From a virus, in the IMG/VR virus record IMGVR_UViG_3300044614_001780: a DNA stretch of 64,000 nucleotides; one strand, given 5' to 3'. Under the pieces are notes generated by a model. It saw only the letters and a list, made by a program, of their open reading frames with translations. It ran no database searches and was not told the DNA's origin. Of this stretch, positions 26,901 through 35,915 are shown piece by piece (within the stretch, counting starts at the first letter, position 1; every line of letters begins with the position of its first letter). The position numbers and the translations under genes are program-made.

Positions 26901-27022
26901 TACATTCCTCCGTTTCTAATTCCTACAATATATCCAATGATAATTCCGCACATAAATGCCACAAACATGTATAACATATGAGAAGTAAATTGAATAACCT
27001 CCAACCATTCACTATTCGTCAT
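26900..27022 (-). CDS. Single-TM microprotein (about 40 aa)
   Basis: MTNSEWLEV...FMCGIIIGYIVG. Confidence 0.6.
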   Translation of the reverse strand: MTNSEWLEVIQFTSHMLYMFVAFMCGIIIGYIVGIRNGGM

Positions 27023-27302
27023 CATCATCCTCATAGGTTGAAGGTTCCTCAAAGAGTTCGTCCATTTTTTGCTGTAGAACTCTTTTTTGTAATTTTTCAA
27101 TATCTTCTTCCGTAAATTTAACCACTAGTAATGGATCTCCTGCTTTAACGTCGTTAAGTTCTGGATGCTTTACTTTTGGACTTTTTGAATACCCATGATA
27201 GGCATTCATAATCATCCATCCCTGTGCAATCATCGTTAAGGATATTCCCATTAGAACAAACCAAGGAACTAAAAAGATTAGTTCAGAGTGATGTTGAGCC
27301 AT
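27012..27302 (-). CDS. DUF2973-like cyanobacterial membrane protein
   Basis: TM helix, then KHPEL..V..GDPLLVVKF. Confidence 0.7.
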   Translation of the reverse strand: MAQHHSELIFLVPWFVLMGISLTMIAQGWMIMNAYHGYSKSPKVKHPELNDVKAGDPLLVVKFTEEDIEKLQKRVLQQKMDELFEEPSTYEDDDDE

Positions 27303-27481
27303 GGAAATACTGGCGGAATTACTCCAATGAGTCGAAGAAGACCCTCAGCAAAAAGTGCAAGAACAACCCAACCAACGCACATTGAAATAATCGAAGCATT
27401 GCGATTGTGTTTTCGTATTGCATCATCAATCATCTCCTGAACTTCAGAACGTGTAATAAACTCTTCTTGTTCATTCATCAT
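27278..27481 (-). CDS. Small membrane protein
   Basis: EVQEMIDDAIRKHNRNASIIS plus TM helix. Confidence 0.75.
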   Translation of the reverse strand: MMNEQEEFITRSEVQEMIDDAIRKHNRNASIISMCVGWVVLALFAEGLLRLIGVIPPVFPWLNITLN

Positions 27482-27627
27482 TTCTCGTCTCCAAGAAACT
27501 TTGCAAGAGGGTCTCTTCTGGTCTTTACAATTTCGACAGCTCTTTTGTAAAACATGTTGTCTGTATTTCCAGACTCTTCAAAAGTTGCCTTGATCTTCAC
27601 CCAGTTATCGTAGGTGTGTTGATCCAT
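27478..27627 (-). CDS. Small hypothetical protein (49 aa)
   Basis: MDQHTYDNWVKIKATFEESGNTDNMFYKRA...; not in the ORF track. Confidence 0.7.
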   Translation of the reverse strand: MDQHTYDNWVKIKATFEESGNTDNMFYKRAVEIVKTRRDPLAKFLGDEK

Positions 27628-27728
27628 AAGGATTAAAATACGTATACTAATATATTATAATTCAGACCAATAAAACGCCTACCTAATGTGTTCAATACGA
27701 CACACTGATTAAGAGATTATTAAATTCT

Positions 27729-27980
27729 TTACCTAATTTCAAAATTTAATTTTTTAACCTTTCTTGTCCTTCTTGCTTCTTGGTACTGCAAATCTTCCCT
27801 GCTCAACACAGATTTTGTATCATCTAATTTATTTAAATTAATCAACTCAACCAAAGAAAGATCGACTGCACTTATCTTATCTCCAGTAATAGAAGTCAAA
27901 TTATCACAACCGCAGCATTTAGTTTGCGTAGAATTTGATTCTAATTCTGTATTACAATTTTTGCATCTTACTTTTAACAT
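27729..27980 (-). CDS. Hypothetical Zn-ribbon protein
   Basis: CKNC...CCGCDN; start placed downstream of the tRNA. Confidence 0.75.
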   Translation of the reverse strand: MLKVRCKNCNTELESNSTQTKCCGCDNLTSITGDKISAVDLSLVELINLNKLDDTKSVLSREDLQYQEARRTRKVKKLNFEIR

Positions 27981-28010
27981 TTTTCTAATGATTTCTACTG
28001 AGTTATAACA

Positions 28011-28081
28011 AGCGGACAACGAGGATCGAACTCGTGATTTCAACTTGGAAGGATGACGTGTTACCGCTACACCATGTCCGC
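28011..28081 (-). tRNA. tRNA-Gly(UCC), CCA not encoded
   Basis: GCGGACA/TGTCCGC acceptor stem, CTTCCAA anticodon loop, GTTCGA T-loop; TTGACA-N18-TATAAT promoter upstream. Confidence 0.95.
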
Positions 28082-28119
28082 ATTATTTGCATTATATCTT
28101 ACATAAAAATTATCTGTCA

Positions 28120-28145
28120 AGGGGAGAGACCTTTGCTTCTCCCCT
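28120..28145 (-). terminator. Hairpin terminator after the lysozyme-like gene
   Basis: AGGGGAGA/TCTCCCCT stem abutting the tRNA -35. Confidence 0.55.
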
Positions 28146-28158
28146 ATTATTCAGTTTG

Positions 28159-28824
28159 TCAAACTTCTACCGTGATCAGTTTGGAAGCATATTCATGAGC
28201 ATATGAAGTGCGGGCACCATGAATGCCCCAACCAATCCAACTATACGCATAGTCCATGTAACGATTTATAGATTTGCCAGGAGTTTTCATCCTGTCTTCA
28301 ATTCGTTTCCATTGAACTTCATTCGTAAGATAACGAAGTTGCGTTGGAAGTGCTGATGGAGAACCACCATACCTCTTAGCAAAATCACCCAATCCATAAT
28401 AACGATCGGCAGATGTCCATTGGATCAGACCATAACCACGACCGCAGTGATGGTACTGAGTCCTACTACCACCTTCACAAATATTAGGCACGAACATAGA
28501 TTCTTGCTTAATATTGCCCAGGATAGTAGCAAGGGCGTTTCTGTCTTTAATTCCTTGCTCTTGGAAATAATCCACAGCAAGTTGTTCATGTTCTGAACAC
28601 CCTTTACAAATTAGCCTTTTCTCTTTTGGTTTTTCGGGAGCAACCTCTCGGATTGCTGTCTTCTTTTCATCCACAAGTTTCAAATCTTTAATCTCGATAA
28701 TAGAGACTTTTTGTTCCACTGGAGGTGGAGGTCCCTGCATCTTGTAGTTGACGAATGGCAGTGATGCCGTACTGGTTGTAACCGATGCCAGAAGGGGCAG
28801 GGCTACAGTAAAGATGTTTTGCAT
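28159..28824 (-). CDS. Secreted phage-tail-lysozyme (Phage_lysozyme2)-like protein
   Basis: ILGNIKQES, GYGLIQWT..R and QLRYL..E motifs; signal-like N-terminus. Confidence 0.75.
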   Translation of the reverse strand: MQNIFTVALPLLASVTTSTASLPFVNYKMQGPPPPVEQKVSIIEIKDLKLVDEKKTAIREVAPEKPKEKRLICKGCSEHEQLAVDYFQEQGIKDRNALATILGNIKQESMFVPNICEGGSRTQYHHCGRGYGLIQWTSADRYYGLGDFAKRYGGSPSALPTQLRYLTNEVQWKRIEDRMKTPGKSINRYMDYAYSWIGWGIHGARTSYAHEYASKLITVEV

Positions 28825-28992
28825 TAAAATTAATTGAACTCTACATCCGTATAGAAGAGGGGTATACCCAACTCTCGAAGGGCATCTTCCACGGCTCTAA
28901 TTTTCACACTCAAAGTCTCATAATATAAAAACCTACTCATAATAGGAATCCAAAATTGGATTTTTTCATAATATCAGATTATTTAGAAGACC

Positions 28993-29190
28993 CTAAAGGT
29001 CCAAGAAATAACCGCTGATATATTCCAAAGATAATACTTCCAGATTCTCTTTCTGAATTACCCAATCTCGAATCTCACTATAGACACTTTCAGCATCTTT
29101 AATTCGACCCTCATCACACAATTCGTGCATACGATTAATATGGTCTTCAATAAGAGTATTGCAGACTTTTTTAACTTTTAGGTCAATCAT
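28993..29190 (-). CDS. Hypothetical protein
   Basis: 65-aa coupled ORF. Confidence 0.65.
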   Translation of the reverse strand: MIDLKVKKVCNTLIEDHINRMHELCDEGRIKDAESVYSEIRDWVIQKENLEVLSLEYISGYFLDL

Positions 29191-29608
29191 TAAAATAATC
29201 CTTCCGATAATATCTTCCTAGGACATTAGAATTATAATACGCAGGAGTCCCGTCGTCAAGAGACTCAATTAAAACGTTATTTACAAAGAGTTGTCTAGTT
29301 TCTTCGTAATTGCATTTTCCTTTTGTTTTGTGGAGGCTAAGTATTGTTCTGTTGCAGGATGTTTTGCCCCAAAGTTTAACATCAGCTTTGAGTTCGGGAC
29401 ATGATCCATAATAATTTTTCCAATCTGACTCTGATTTAACTTTTCTAGATTTTCCCTTTGGTGTGCGGAAACTCCAGAAATATTTTCTGCCAATGTAACT
29501 ACGACCAGTTTTATCACAATGTATAAGATATACAAAACCAAAATTATCTTGAATATTATCAGACTCAAAAATTTCCCCATTGAATCTCCAAGGGTTTTCA
29601 TAACTCAT
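29183..29608 (-). CDS. GIY-YIG (Seg-like) nuclease-domain protein
   Basis: GFVY...YIGRK...YYGS...E...YYN. Confidence 0.8.
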   Translation of the reverse strand: MSYENPWRFNGEIFESDNIQDNFGFVYLIHCDKTGRSYIGRKYFWSFRTPKGKSRKVKSESDWKNYYGSCPELKADVKLWGKTSCNRTILSLHKTKGKCNYEETRQLFVNNVLIESLDDGTPAYYNSNVLGRYYRKDYFND

Positions 29609-29650
29609 ATTGTATTATTGTACTTTGAGCTATTTAGAACCTAGAATTTT

Positions 29651-29699
29651 CTTGAAACTCCACAGAGTCATTTTAGACATAAAAAAACACCCCCGTCAA
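29651..29699 (-). promoter_or_regulatory. Sigma70 promoter with ACTCTGTGGAGTTTCAAG leader
   Basis: TTGACG-N18-TAAAAT; -35 in the loop of the ACACCC/GGGTGT terminator. Confidence 0.65.
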
Positions 29700-29725
29700 G
29701 AGGGTGTAAAATTGTGTGAAATGTA

Positions 29726-31147
29726 TCAGTTTACATTTTTTAGAATCTGACTTAACCACACTTCACTCATATTTTCAATGATTACATTTGCATCATTGAG
29801 AGTTTCAGCAAAGTTGTTCTCAAGGAGGTATGATGCTACAATCTGATAAACTTCTCCCAACTCCTTCTTTTCTCTTGGGGTTAATGTTCCAGCAGACATG
29901 GCAGAACTTCTTGCACTCTGCAAGTCCTTATCACCACCTTCTACCTTAGCAGCATAACCTCTTAATTGTACTCTTGGTTTATCTCTCACAGAACCCCTTC
30001 TAGATGCTGCTAGACCTCTTAGAGTTCTACTTTGTCTTTCTTCTCTCTTCTTTCTGTCTGCGTCAGACTCATCACGCTTGTGCTTGATATAAGGACGGTC
30101 GGCACCTCTTTCTGCTGCTGCAATGGTCTTGTCTACACTACCAGAACGTTGGTATGCCTTGGAACGTGCTGCAAGTTCTTTACGGACTGAAGTTTCACCT
30201 TCCTTGCCGAGTTCCTTACGCATTCTGGTTGCTTCATCAAGTCCAAACTCTTCATTATATTCTTTATTTCTGACCGCTGCAATTGCTTCTGCTTTTGACA
30301 TTCCAGAAGCCATCATTCTTGCAATTCTTACATCTGCGAAGTCATTATCACCATCTTGGTCTTGGTCTTTTTTCTTTGCTTCATAAATTGAAGAATACGC
30401 ATTTGCAACATCTTTAAGAGTTGCTTTTGTTCCCCATTCAAATGATGACATAACTGCTCCTGGTTTTTTAATAGGTGAGGTTGAAGGTGTAGGTTTTGGT
30501 GCTGCAACAACAGGTGCTGCTGGTTTTGGGGCAGGTGCTTCAACTGCAGCAGCAGATCTATTCAAACTTGCCTTTCCAATCTGATTTGCAGTTGCTGATT
30601 TTGCGGTCCCACTTAGAATATTTTTGGCACTTGAAGATTGAGAAATACTATTAACTGCCGCATTTCCTCTAAGTTGATCCAATTCTGCTTTATTTTGACC
30701 TGGCATATCCTTCATTAAAGGATTTGGAGTCTTTGGTTTAGCAAAATTATCACCATATTTAAGTTTATTAACTGACATTCCAGTTTCAGCAGCACCTTTC
30801 ACATCACCTGCTTTTTTCTGTGCAGAATATACTTGCATACCACCCTTAATTTTATCTGCAGTTGATGCAGAAGCAGATGATGAAGTTCCTGGTTTTGCTG
30901 GAGTCACTTTAGTTGGAGTTCCAGTAGTTGGTTTGGTGTATGTTGCCTTTGCGTCTGGATTTACACCACCCAATGAATTAGTTACAGGGAATCTATCACG
31001 AGCACGAACTGGAGTTGATTTTGCTGGTTTCATTGGACCAGAAGGTTTATCATTTGGACCATCCCAAAGAGGTTCATCTCTCAAAGGAGCTTCAGTAATA
31101 ATGCTTTCATATAAATTTTTAACCGCACCAAAATCTTCCTTATTCAT
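29726..31147 (-). CDS. Low-complexity late protein, putative internal head polyprotein
   Basis: Basic modules separated by IITE, SIYE and FGLDE; late promoter at 31184-31189. Confidence 0.7.
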   Translation of the reverse strand: MNKEDFGAVKNLYESIITEAPLRDEPLWDGPNDKPSGPMKPAKSTPVRARDRFPVTNSLGGVNPDAKATYTKPTTGTPTKVTPAKPGTSSSASASTADKIKGGMQVYSAQKKAGDVKGAAETGMSVNKLKYGDNFAKPKTPNPLMKDMPGQNKAELDQLRGNAAVNSISQSSSAKNILSGTAKSATANQIGKASLNRSAAAVEAPAPKPAAPVVAAPKPTPSTSPIKKPGAVMSSFEWGTKATLKDVANAYSSIYEAKKKDQDQDGDNDFADVRIARMMASGMSKAEAIAAVRNKEYNEEFGLDEATRMRKELGKEGETSVRKELAARSKAYQRSGSVDKTIAAAERGADRPYIKHKRDESDADRKKREERQSRTLRGLAASRRGSVRDKPRVQLRGYAAKVEGGDKDLQSARSSAMSAGTLTPREKKELGEVYQIVASYLLENNFAETLNDANVIIENMSEVWLSQILKNVN

Positions 31148-31194
31148 CTTATTGAGAGTAGTAAAAAGTACTTTTCTTAATATTATTTATTCTT

Positions 31195-31593
31195 TTATTT
31201 ATTCTCAGAATCAACCCAATCCCCCTTTATACCCATTGCGCCACCTAAAAGGTCTTGTGCTTTACTTCCATCTTTTTCCTCTTCATAGTAGATAGAAGTT
31301 TTTTCTTCTGGTTGTTCTATTTTTTTATATTCTTCTATTGCTTTATCAACTTCACTCTCAACTCTTTGGTTTAATAATTCTGGTGTATTAATTACATAGT
31401 CATTTATTGTATCATCGATTAAACCACGTTTCAAAAGTTCTTTTTGTATTTCATCAACAAGTTTCCATAATTTATTTTTGTCTATTTTAAATTTAGAAGA
31501 CAAAATCTCGATAATGCCTTCTAGCACTATCGAGATTTTTGCCCATTCTATAATTCCTTTTTTCTTTTTTCCAACTTGGAAATTAAAGTTCAT
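31195..31593 (-). CDS. Hypothetical protein
   Basis: 132-aa coupled ORF. Confidence 0.7.
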   Translation of the reverse strand: MNFNFQVGKKKKGIIEWAKISIVLEGIIEILSSKFKIDKNKLWKLVDEIQKELLKRGLIDDTINDYVINTPELLNQRVESEVDKAIEEYKKIEQPEEKTSIYYEEEKDGSKAQDLLGGAMGIKGDWVDSENK

Positions 31594-32189
31594 TTTTTGG
31601 GGGGTGCAGAAACTTTTGCATACACCATTCTCTTACCCCATTTTTCTGGAGTAGTTCCTTTTCCTGCAATGTCTTTGGTAATTTGGGGAGACACATCAAA
31701 AGAAACATCTTTATTTACATTTCCAGTTCTTCCAAAATCACCAACATCATTAATTTTTGCTGTTGTAGATTTTGTCTTTGTTCCCTGTGGATTTGCAGTT
31801 AACTGCAATTTGGAACCATAAGAAATAGATGGTTTTCCTTCTTGTCCTTTTGGTGCCTGTCCTTCCTTATACTTAAAAGGAACTGCAGCATTTCTAGTTG
31901 TCCAGTTATGGGGGTCACCAGTTGCTGTAGTCTTGTTTGGAGTGAATTTATCTCCAGGAGCATACACTGATGCCTTTACTGGTTTCCAACCATATCTTTG
32001 TTGTTCTGCACCAGTATGTGCTCTTTGAGTGAATTTACCAGTAGATTTATCAAGTTCACCAGACTTATAATTTTTATATGCCAAAACCTTTGTATTTGGT
32101 TTTGGTTTTGCTGTTGGTTTAGATGCAAAAGGACCAAAGAACTCACTCAATGAATATGCTTCCGCACAAAATTCTTTATAAGTTTTCAT
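31590..32189 (-). CDS. Capsid-targeted protein with C-terminal RlpA-like double-psi beta-barrel
   Basis: N-terminus MKTYKEFCAE (cf. T4 IP MKTYQEFIAE); AAVP..YGSKL..KINDVG..FDVS. Confidence 0.65.
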   Translation of the reverse strand: MKTYKEFCAEAYSLSEFFGPFASKPTAKPKPNTKVLAYKNYKSGELDKSTGKFTQRAHTGAEQQRYGWKPVKASVYAPGDKFTPNKTTATGDPHNWTTRNAAVPFKYKEGQAPKGQEGKPSISYGSKLQLTANPQGTKTKSTTAKINDVGDFGRTGNVNKDVSFDVSPQITKDIAGKGTTPEKWGKRMVYAKVSAPPKK

Positions 32190-32192
32190 AAT

Positions 32193-34670
32193 TTATTTTG
32201 CTGGTTTTTGAAGTGATTGGAAACTTCTATTTCCTTTTGCATCATATTTAACTGTGCCTTTGACACCACCCAGAGTTGCACCATAAGACTGTCCAACTTT
32301 TGCCTTTCCTTTTGCTACTTGGTTTACTCCAGAATTTCCAAGATTTGCACGAACCATTCTTTGTCCTTTATCCCCATAAGTAGCAGTTCCCTTAACTCCA
32401 CCAACCTTTACATCATATGCTTTATTAGTAGCAACTTTTTGCTGCTTTCCTGCGATATTTGTTGCAGAAATTACTTTACTTGGTTTTACGTCAGAAGGAC
32501 CTGACTTTCCTGTTCCTTCTTGTGATGGAATGTTTCCTACTTTTGGTTTTGCTCTTGTTGCTGCCATTCCTGCTGCTTGAATCTGTTGTCTGGTCTTTCC
32601 AGATTTTGCAGCGGCATCACCACCTCCAGCACGGAAAGCAGCATCACCACCTCTTGCCGAGTCAGATGACATTCCTGTAGGTTTTGGTTTATTTTGCTTC
32701 CCTAGTAATGCTGCTCTATTTTGTGCCTTTCCAGCATCGGTTTTCCCTCTTTGAACTGCCCTACTAAATTTTCCAGTAAGTCCACCAGTTTTCATAGTAT
32801 TGATTGCTGATTTATTGATATTACTAATTGCACTTCCAACTGCTCCAGCTGCTTTTCCTACTGCTGCTCTATTTTGTGCTTTTCCAGCATCAGTAGAACT
32901 CCTAGAAACTGCTCTATTAAAAGAACCTAATACTCCACCACCATCAGAAAAGGACTTAATATTTTCATCAATTTGTAAATCGTCATTTTCCACAATAAAT
33001 TGTTTCCAGTATTCATAAGCAGTCATCTCTTCGGTCTTGGTTGCTTGATAAGAACGAACTCTAGATTCACCTTTTTTGTCGGGTGCTACCATATGGGTTT
33101 TGATTTTCTTTGATGTTGGTGCTTCCTTCTTTTCTTTCTCAAATGCCTTATGAACTTTGGCAGCATCATCATACATATGGATTTTCTTAGCACCACTTTG
33201 CTTTGCTACTGCATTTGCAACATCAACTTTCTTCTTACCAATATCACCACCTTTCATTCCACCAGTGTAGTGAATGTTCTTCTTATCTACGTCAACACCA
33301 TGCTTCTTGAGGTGTCCTTGGAATTCACTTGGTTTATCAAACTTAGAACGAGCAGTAATGAGATGAACGTTTTGTCCTCTTGCTTGCTTTCTCTTGATAT
33401 CCTTAATTACTTTTTTGTTTGGACTAGCAGTTTGGGAGAACTTTTTAGCACTTTGGAACTCACTAAAGTCATAAGAATGTCCCTTATCTAACTTATGAGT
33501 ATTGAACTCCTGGTTGCTTAAACTCTTGACTCTCTTGCCAGATGCATCCTTAACGTGAACCTGAACGTTTGGTTTACCTTTCTTACCGTGTCCGAAGAGA
33601 GTTTCGTCAACATCATATGCATGAACTGTTGTCTTTTTTCTAGTTCCTCTTGCCTTCTCTTCAATATACTCCTCAAGAATAACTGAGGTAAACTCATCAC
33701 TAATGTGCTCAAACATTACTTCTGCTGCTTCATAACTCTCTGCGTAATCTGCAGCAACTAGCATTTCAATAACATAATCATATGCATCATCATAGTCAAA
33801 AGACTGATTCAATTGCTTCATTTGATTAGCATATCTATTTCCACCAATAGGAGAAGTATTTCTTGCTTTATCAATTGCAGAATCTGCTTTTTTCTTAAGT
33901 GCTTCCATACCTTTACTTGCAGCCATAATGCCACCAGCAGCTAAAGCACCTTTAACTAGAAGTCCAGCAACCTCATCAATTTGCTCACCTTCTGGTTCAA
34001 ATGAATTTGCCATTGCTTGCTTACGGATAGTGGCAAAATAAATCTGAGTTCCTTTCTCTTTACCGTATTGGTCAATCATACTCTTCTTCATTGATGAAGT
34101 GTCATACTTCTTTTTAAGTTTTTTCTCTTTCTTCATCTCTCCAGAAGTCATTTCTCTTTCCAAGATATACTCTTCCTTATAACCTTTTGCTGCAGAACTC
34201 CAATAATCATCCCAAGACTTTTGATTTGCTTCAGCATCTTCTCTAGAAGATGGTTTGAAAGTTCCACTTGTTTTACGAATAGAACCTTGAGGTTTTCTTG
34301 TTTTCTTTTTAGTTCTTGCCTTTGCTGCCAAGGATTCAATTTCTTCTTTTGATGCTGGTTTATCTTGGACTTTTTTTGTCACTGGATTCCAGTGTGCTTC
34401 ATCTACCATATCTCCATCTAGTTCATATCCAGCAACTTGCATTCCTGGTTTTGCTTTTGCGAGAGGAAGTTGAGGTCCAGTTCTCTTCAAAAATTCTTTC
34501 TTTTCGTAAGGATTATCAGTTCCAGTTCCTTTATTGTATAGTTTTTGTGTCTTCTGGGCACCTTTATGTCCAGGACCAATCTCAAAACTTTGCTCAGAAA
34601 GTAAAGTCCCTGCAGTTTCAGAGGTTTTAATTTGAGTGTACAAGTTTTTAATATCGTTAATACTGGACAT
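32193..34670 (-). CDS. Large modular late protein containing a HAD phosphatase domain; putative internal head polyprotein
   Basis: DVDETL, ITARS and YDDA HAD motifs; repeated acidic (I/V/L)xE linkers; TATAAATA at 34693-34700. Confidence 0.75.
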   Translation of the reverse strand: MSSINDIKNLYTQIKTSETAGTLLSEQSFEIGPGHKGAQKTQKLYNKGTGTDNPYEKKEFLKRTGPQLPLAKAKPGMQVAGYELDGDMVDEAHWNPVTKKVQDKPASKEEIESLAAKARTKKKTRKPQGSIRKTSGTFKPSSREDAEANQKSWDDYWSSAAKGYKEEYILEREMTSGEMKKEKKLKKKYDTSSMKKSMIDQYGKEKGTQIYFATIRKQAMANSFEPEGEQIDEVAGLLVKGALAAGGIMAASKGMEALKKKADSAIDKARNTSPIGGNRYANQMKQLNQSFDYDDAYDYVIEMLVAADYAESYEAAEVMFEHISDEFTSVILEEYIEEKARGTRKKTTVHAYDVDETLFGHGKKGKPNVQVHVKDASGKRVKSLSNQEFNTHKLDKGHSYDFSEFQSAKKFSQTASPNKKVIKDIKRKQARGQNVHLITARSKFDKPSEFQGHLKKHGVDVDKKNIHYTGGMKGGDIGKKKVDVANAVAKQSGAKKIHMYDDAAKVHKAFEKEKKEAPTSKKIKTHMVAPDKKGESRVRSYQATKTEEMTAYEYWKQFIVENDDLQIDENIKSFSDGGGVLGSFNRAVSRSSTDAGKAQNRAAVGKAAGAVGSAISNINKSAINTMKTGGLTGKFSRAVQRGKTDAGKAQNRAALLGKQNKPKPTGMSSDSARGGDAAFRAGGGDAAAKSGKTRQQIQAAGMAATRAKPKVGNIPSQEGTGKSGPSDVKPSKVISATNIAGKQQKVATNKAYDVKVGGVKGTATYGDKGQRMVRANLGNSGVNQVAKGKAKVGQSYGATLGGVKGTVKYDAKGNRSFQSLQKPAK

Positions 34671-34699
34671 TTTTATACTCTAGTTTTTTAGTTATTTAT

Positions 34700-34724
34700 A
34701 AAAAAAGGGGAGCAACTGCCCCCC
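34700..34724 (-). terminator. Terminator after nrdB
   Basis: GGGGGGC/GCTCCCC stem plus T-run. Confidence 0.7.
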
Positions 34725-34730
34725 AATAAA

Positions 34731-35915
34731 TCAAAGTTGGAATCCAGCAAATGTATCCTTTTTCAAGTCTTGCTTAATACCACCAACAACATAACTTTCA
34801 ACTTCTGTTTCTTGTGGAGCAACTTGAAGACCTTTAGAAGAAATCCAATGCTCTGTCCAAGGAAGGGGATTATTCTTCGCAGAAATATCATAAAGTGGTT
34901 TAAGTCCAACTGCTTTCATTCTACGATTTGCAATCCACTCTACATACTGATGAAGAAGTTTATCATTAAGACCAATCATAGAACCATCCTTGAATAGGTA
35001 TTGTGCCCATCTCTTTTCTTCATTTACACAATTTTCAAAAGCAGATCTCACCCATTCCTCTTCTTCCTTAGCAATTTGCTGCATTTCTGGATCATCCCCT
35101 TCACGCCACTTATTGAGGATGTTTTGAGTAATGACAAGGTGCTGATTTTCGTCTCTTGCGATGAGAGAGATAATTTTAGCGGATCCTTCCATAAGTTTGA
35201 GTTCACCAAACGCAAATGAGCAAGCGAACGAGACATAAAACCTGATACCTTCGAGAATGTTGACATTGGCAATTGCTCTATAAAGTTTCCTCTTTAATTC
35301 AATTCTTCCTTCTCTTGCATAACCTGCACCCTCTTGTGCAAACAACCAATCATTAGAAGTTCCATATTGTTGGGCAGAATTAATAAAATCATCATAAGCA
35401 CCAGTCACAGAAGATGCCCTTTCTATAATATGTTGATTTGATAGAATAGAATCAAAAACTTCTGATGGGTCAGAATATACATTTTTAATAATGTATGTGT
35501 AAGAACGACTATGAATCATTTCCATAAATTCCCACACAGTCATACATGCTTCCAATTCAGGAAGAGAGCAGTATGGGACAAATGCCATTCCAGGTCCACG
35601 ACCTTGAACAGAGTCTAGAAGAATCTGATACTTCAAATTGGAAGTAAAGATATGCTTCTGTTCAGGACGAAGGGTTTGGTAATCAGCACGGTCTTTTTGG
35701 AGGGAGACCTCTTCAGGTCTCCAAAAGTATCCAAGTTGTTGAGTGGTTAATTTTTCAAAAATTGGATACTTATAGGAATCATATCTCTGAACCCCTAAAG
35801 GTTGACCAAAAAACATAGGTTGCTTTTTGGTCTCTACCTCTTTGGTATTAAAAACAGTCATACCATTTATTTCAGTAGTTTCTTCGGAATTAAGTCTAAA
35901 TTTTACAGGATTCAC
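34731..35915 (-). CDS. nrdB: Ribonucleotide reductase class Ia beta subunit
   Basis: FWRPEEV, EMIHSRSY, LEGIRFY, RDENQH and APQETE motifs. Confidence 0.97.
   Translation of the reverse strand: MNPVKFRLNSEETTEINGMTVFNTKEVETKKQPMFFGQPLGVQRYDSYKYPIFEKLTTQQLGYFWRPEEVSLQKDRADYQTLRPEQKHIFTSNLKYQILLDSVQGRGPGMAFVPYCSLPELEACMTVWEFMEMIHSRSYTYIIKNVYSDPSEVFDSILSNQHIIERASSVTGAYDDFINSAQQYGTSNDWLFAQEGAGYAREGRIELKRKLYRAIANVNILEGIRFYVSFACSFAFGELKLMEGSAKIISLIARDENQHLVITQNILNKWREGDDPEMQQIAKEEEEWVRSAFENCVNEEKRWAQYLFKDGSMIGLNDKLLHQYVEWIANRRMKAVGLKPLYDISAKNNPLPWTEHWISSKGLQVAPQETEVESYVVGGIKQDLKKDTFAGFQL

Noticed and set aside
27981-28043. N-terminal extension of the 104-aa ORF
   Set aside because: Overlaps tRNA-Gly; the true start is more likely ATG at 27980
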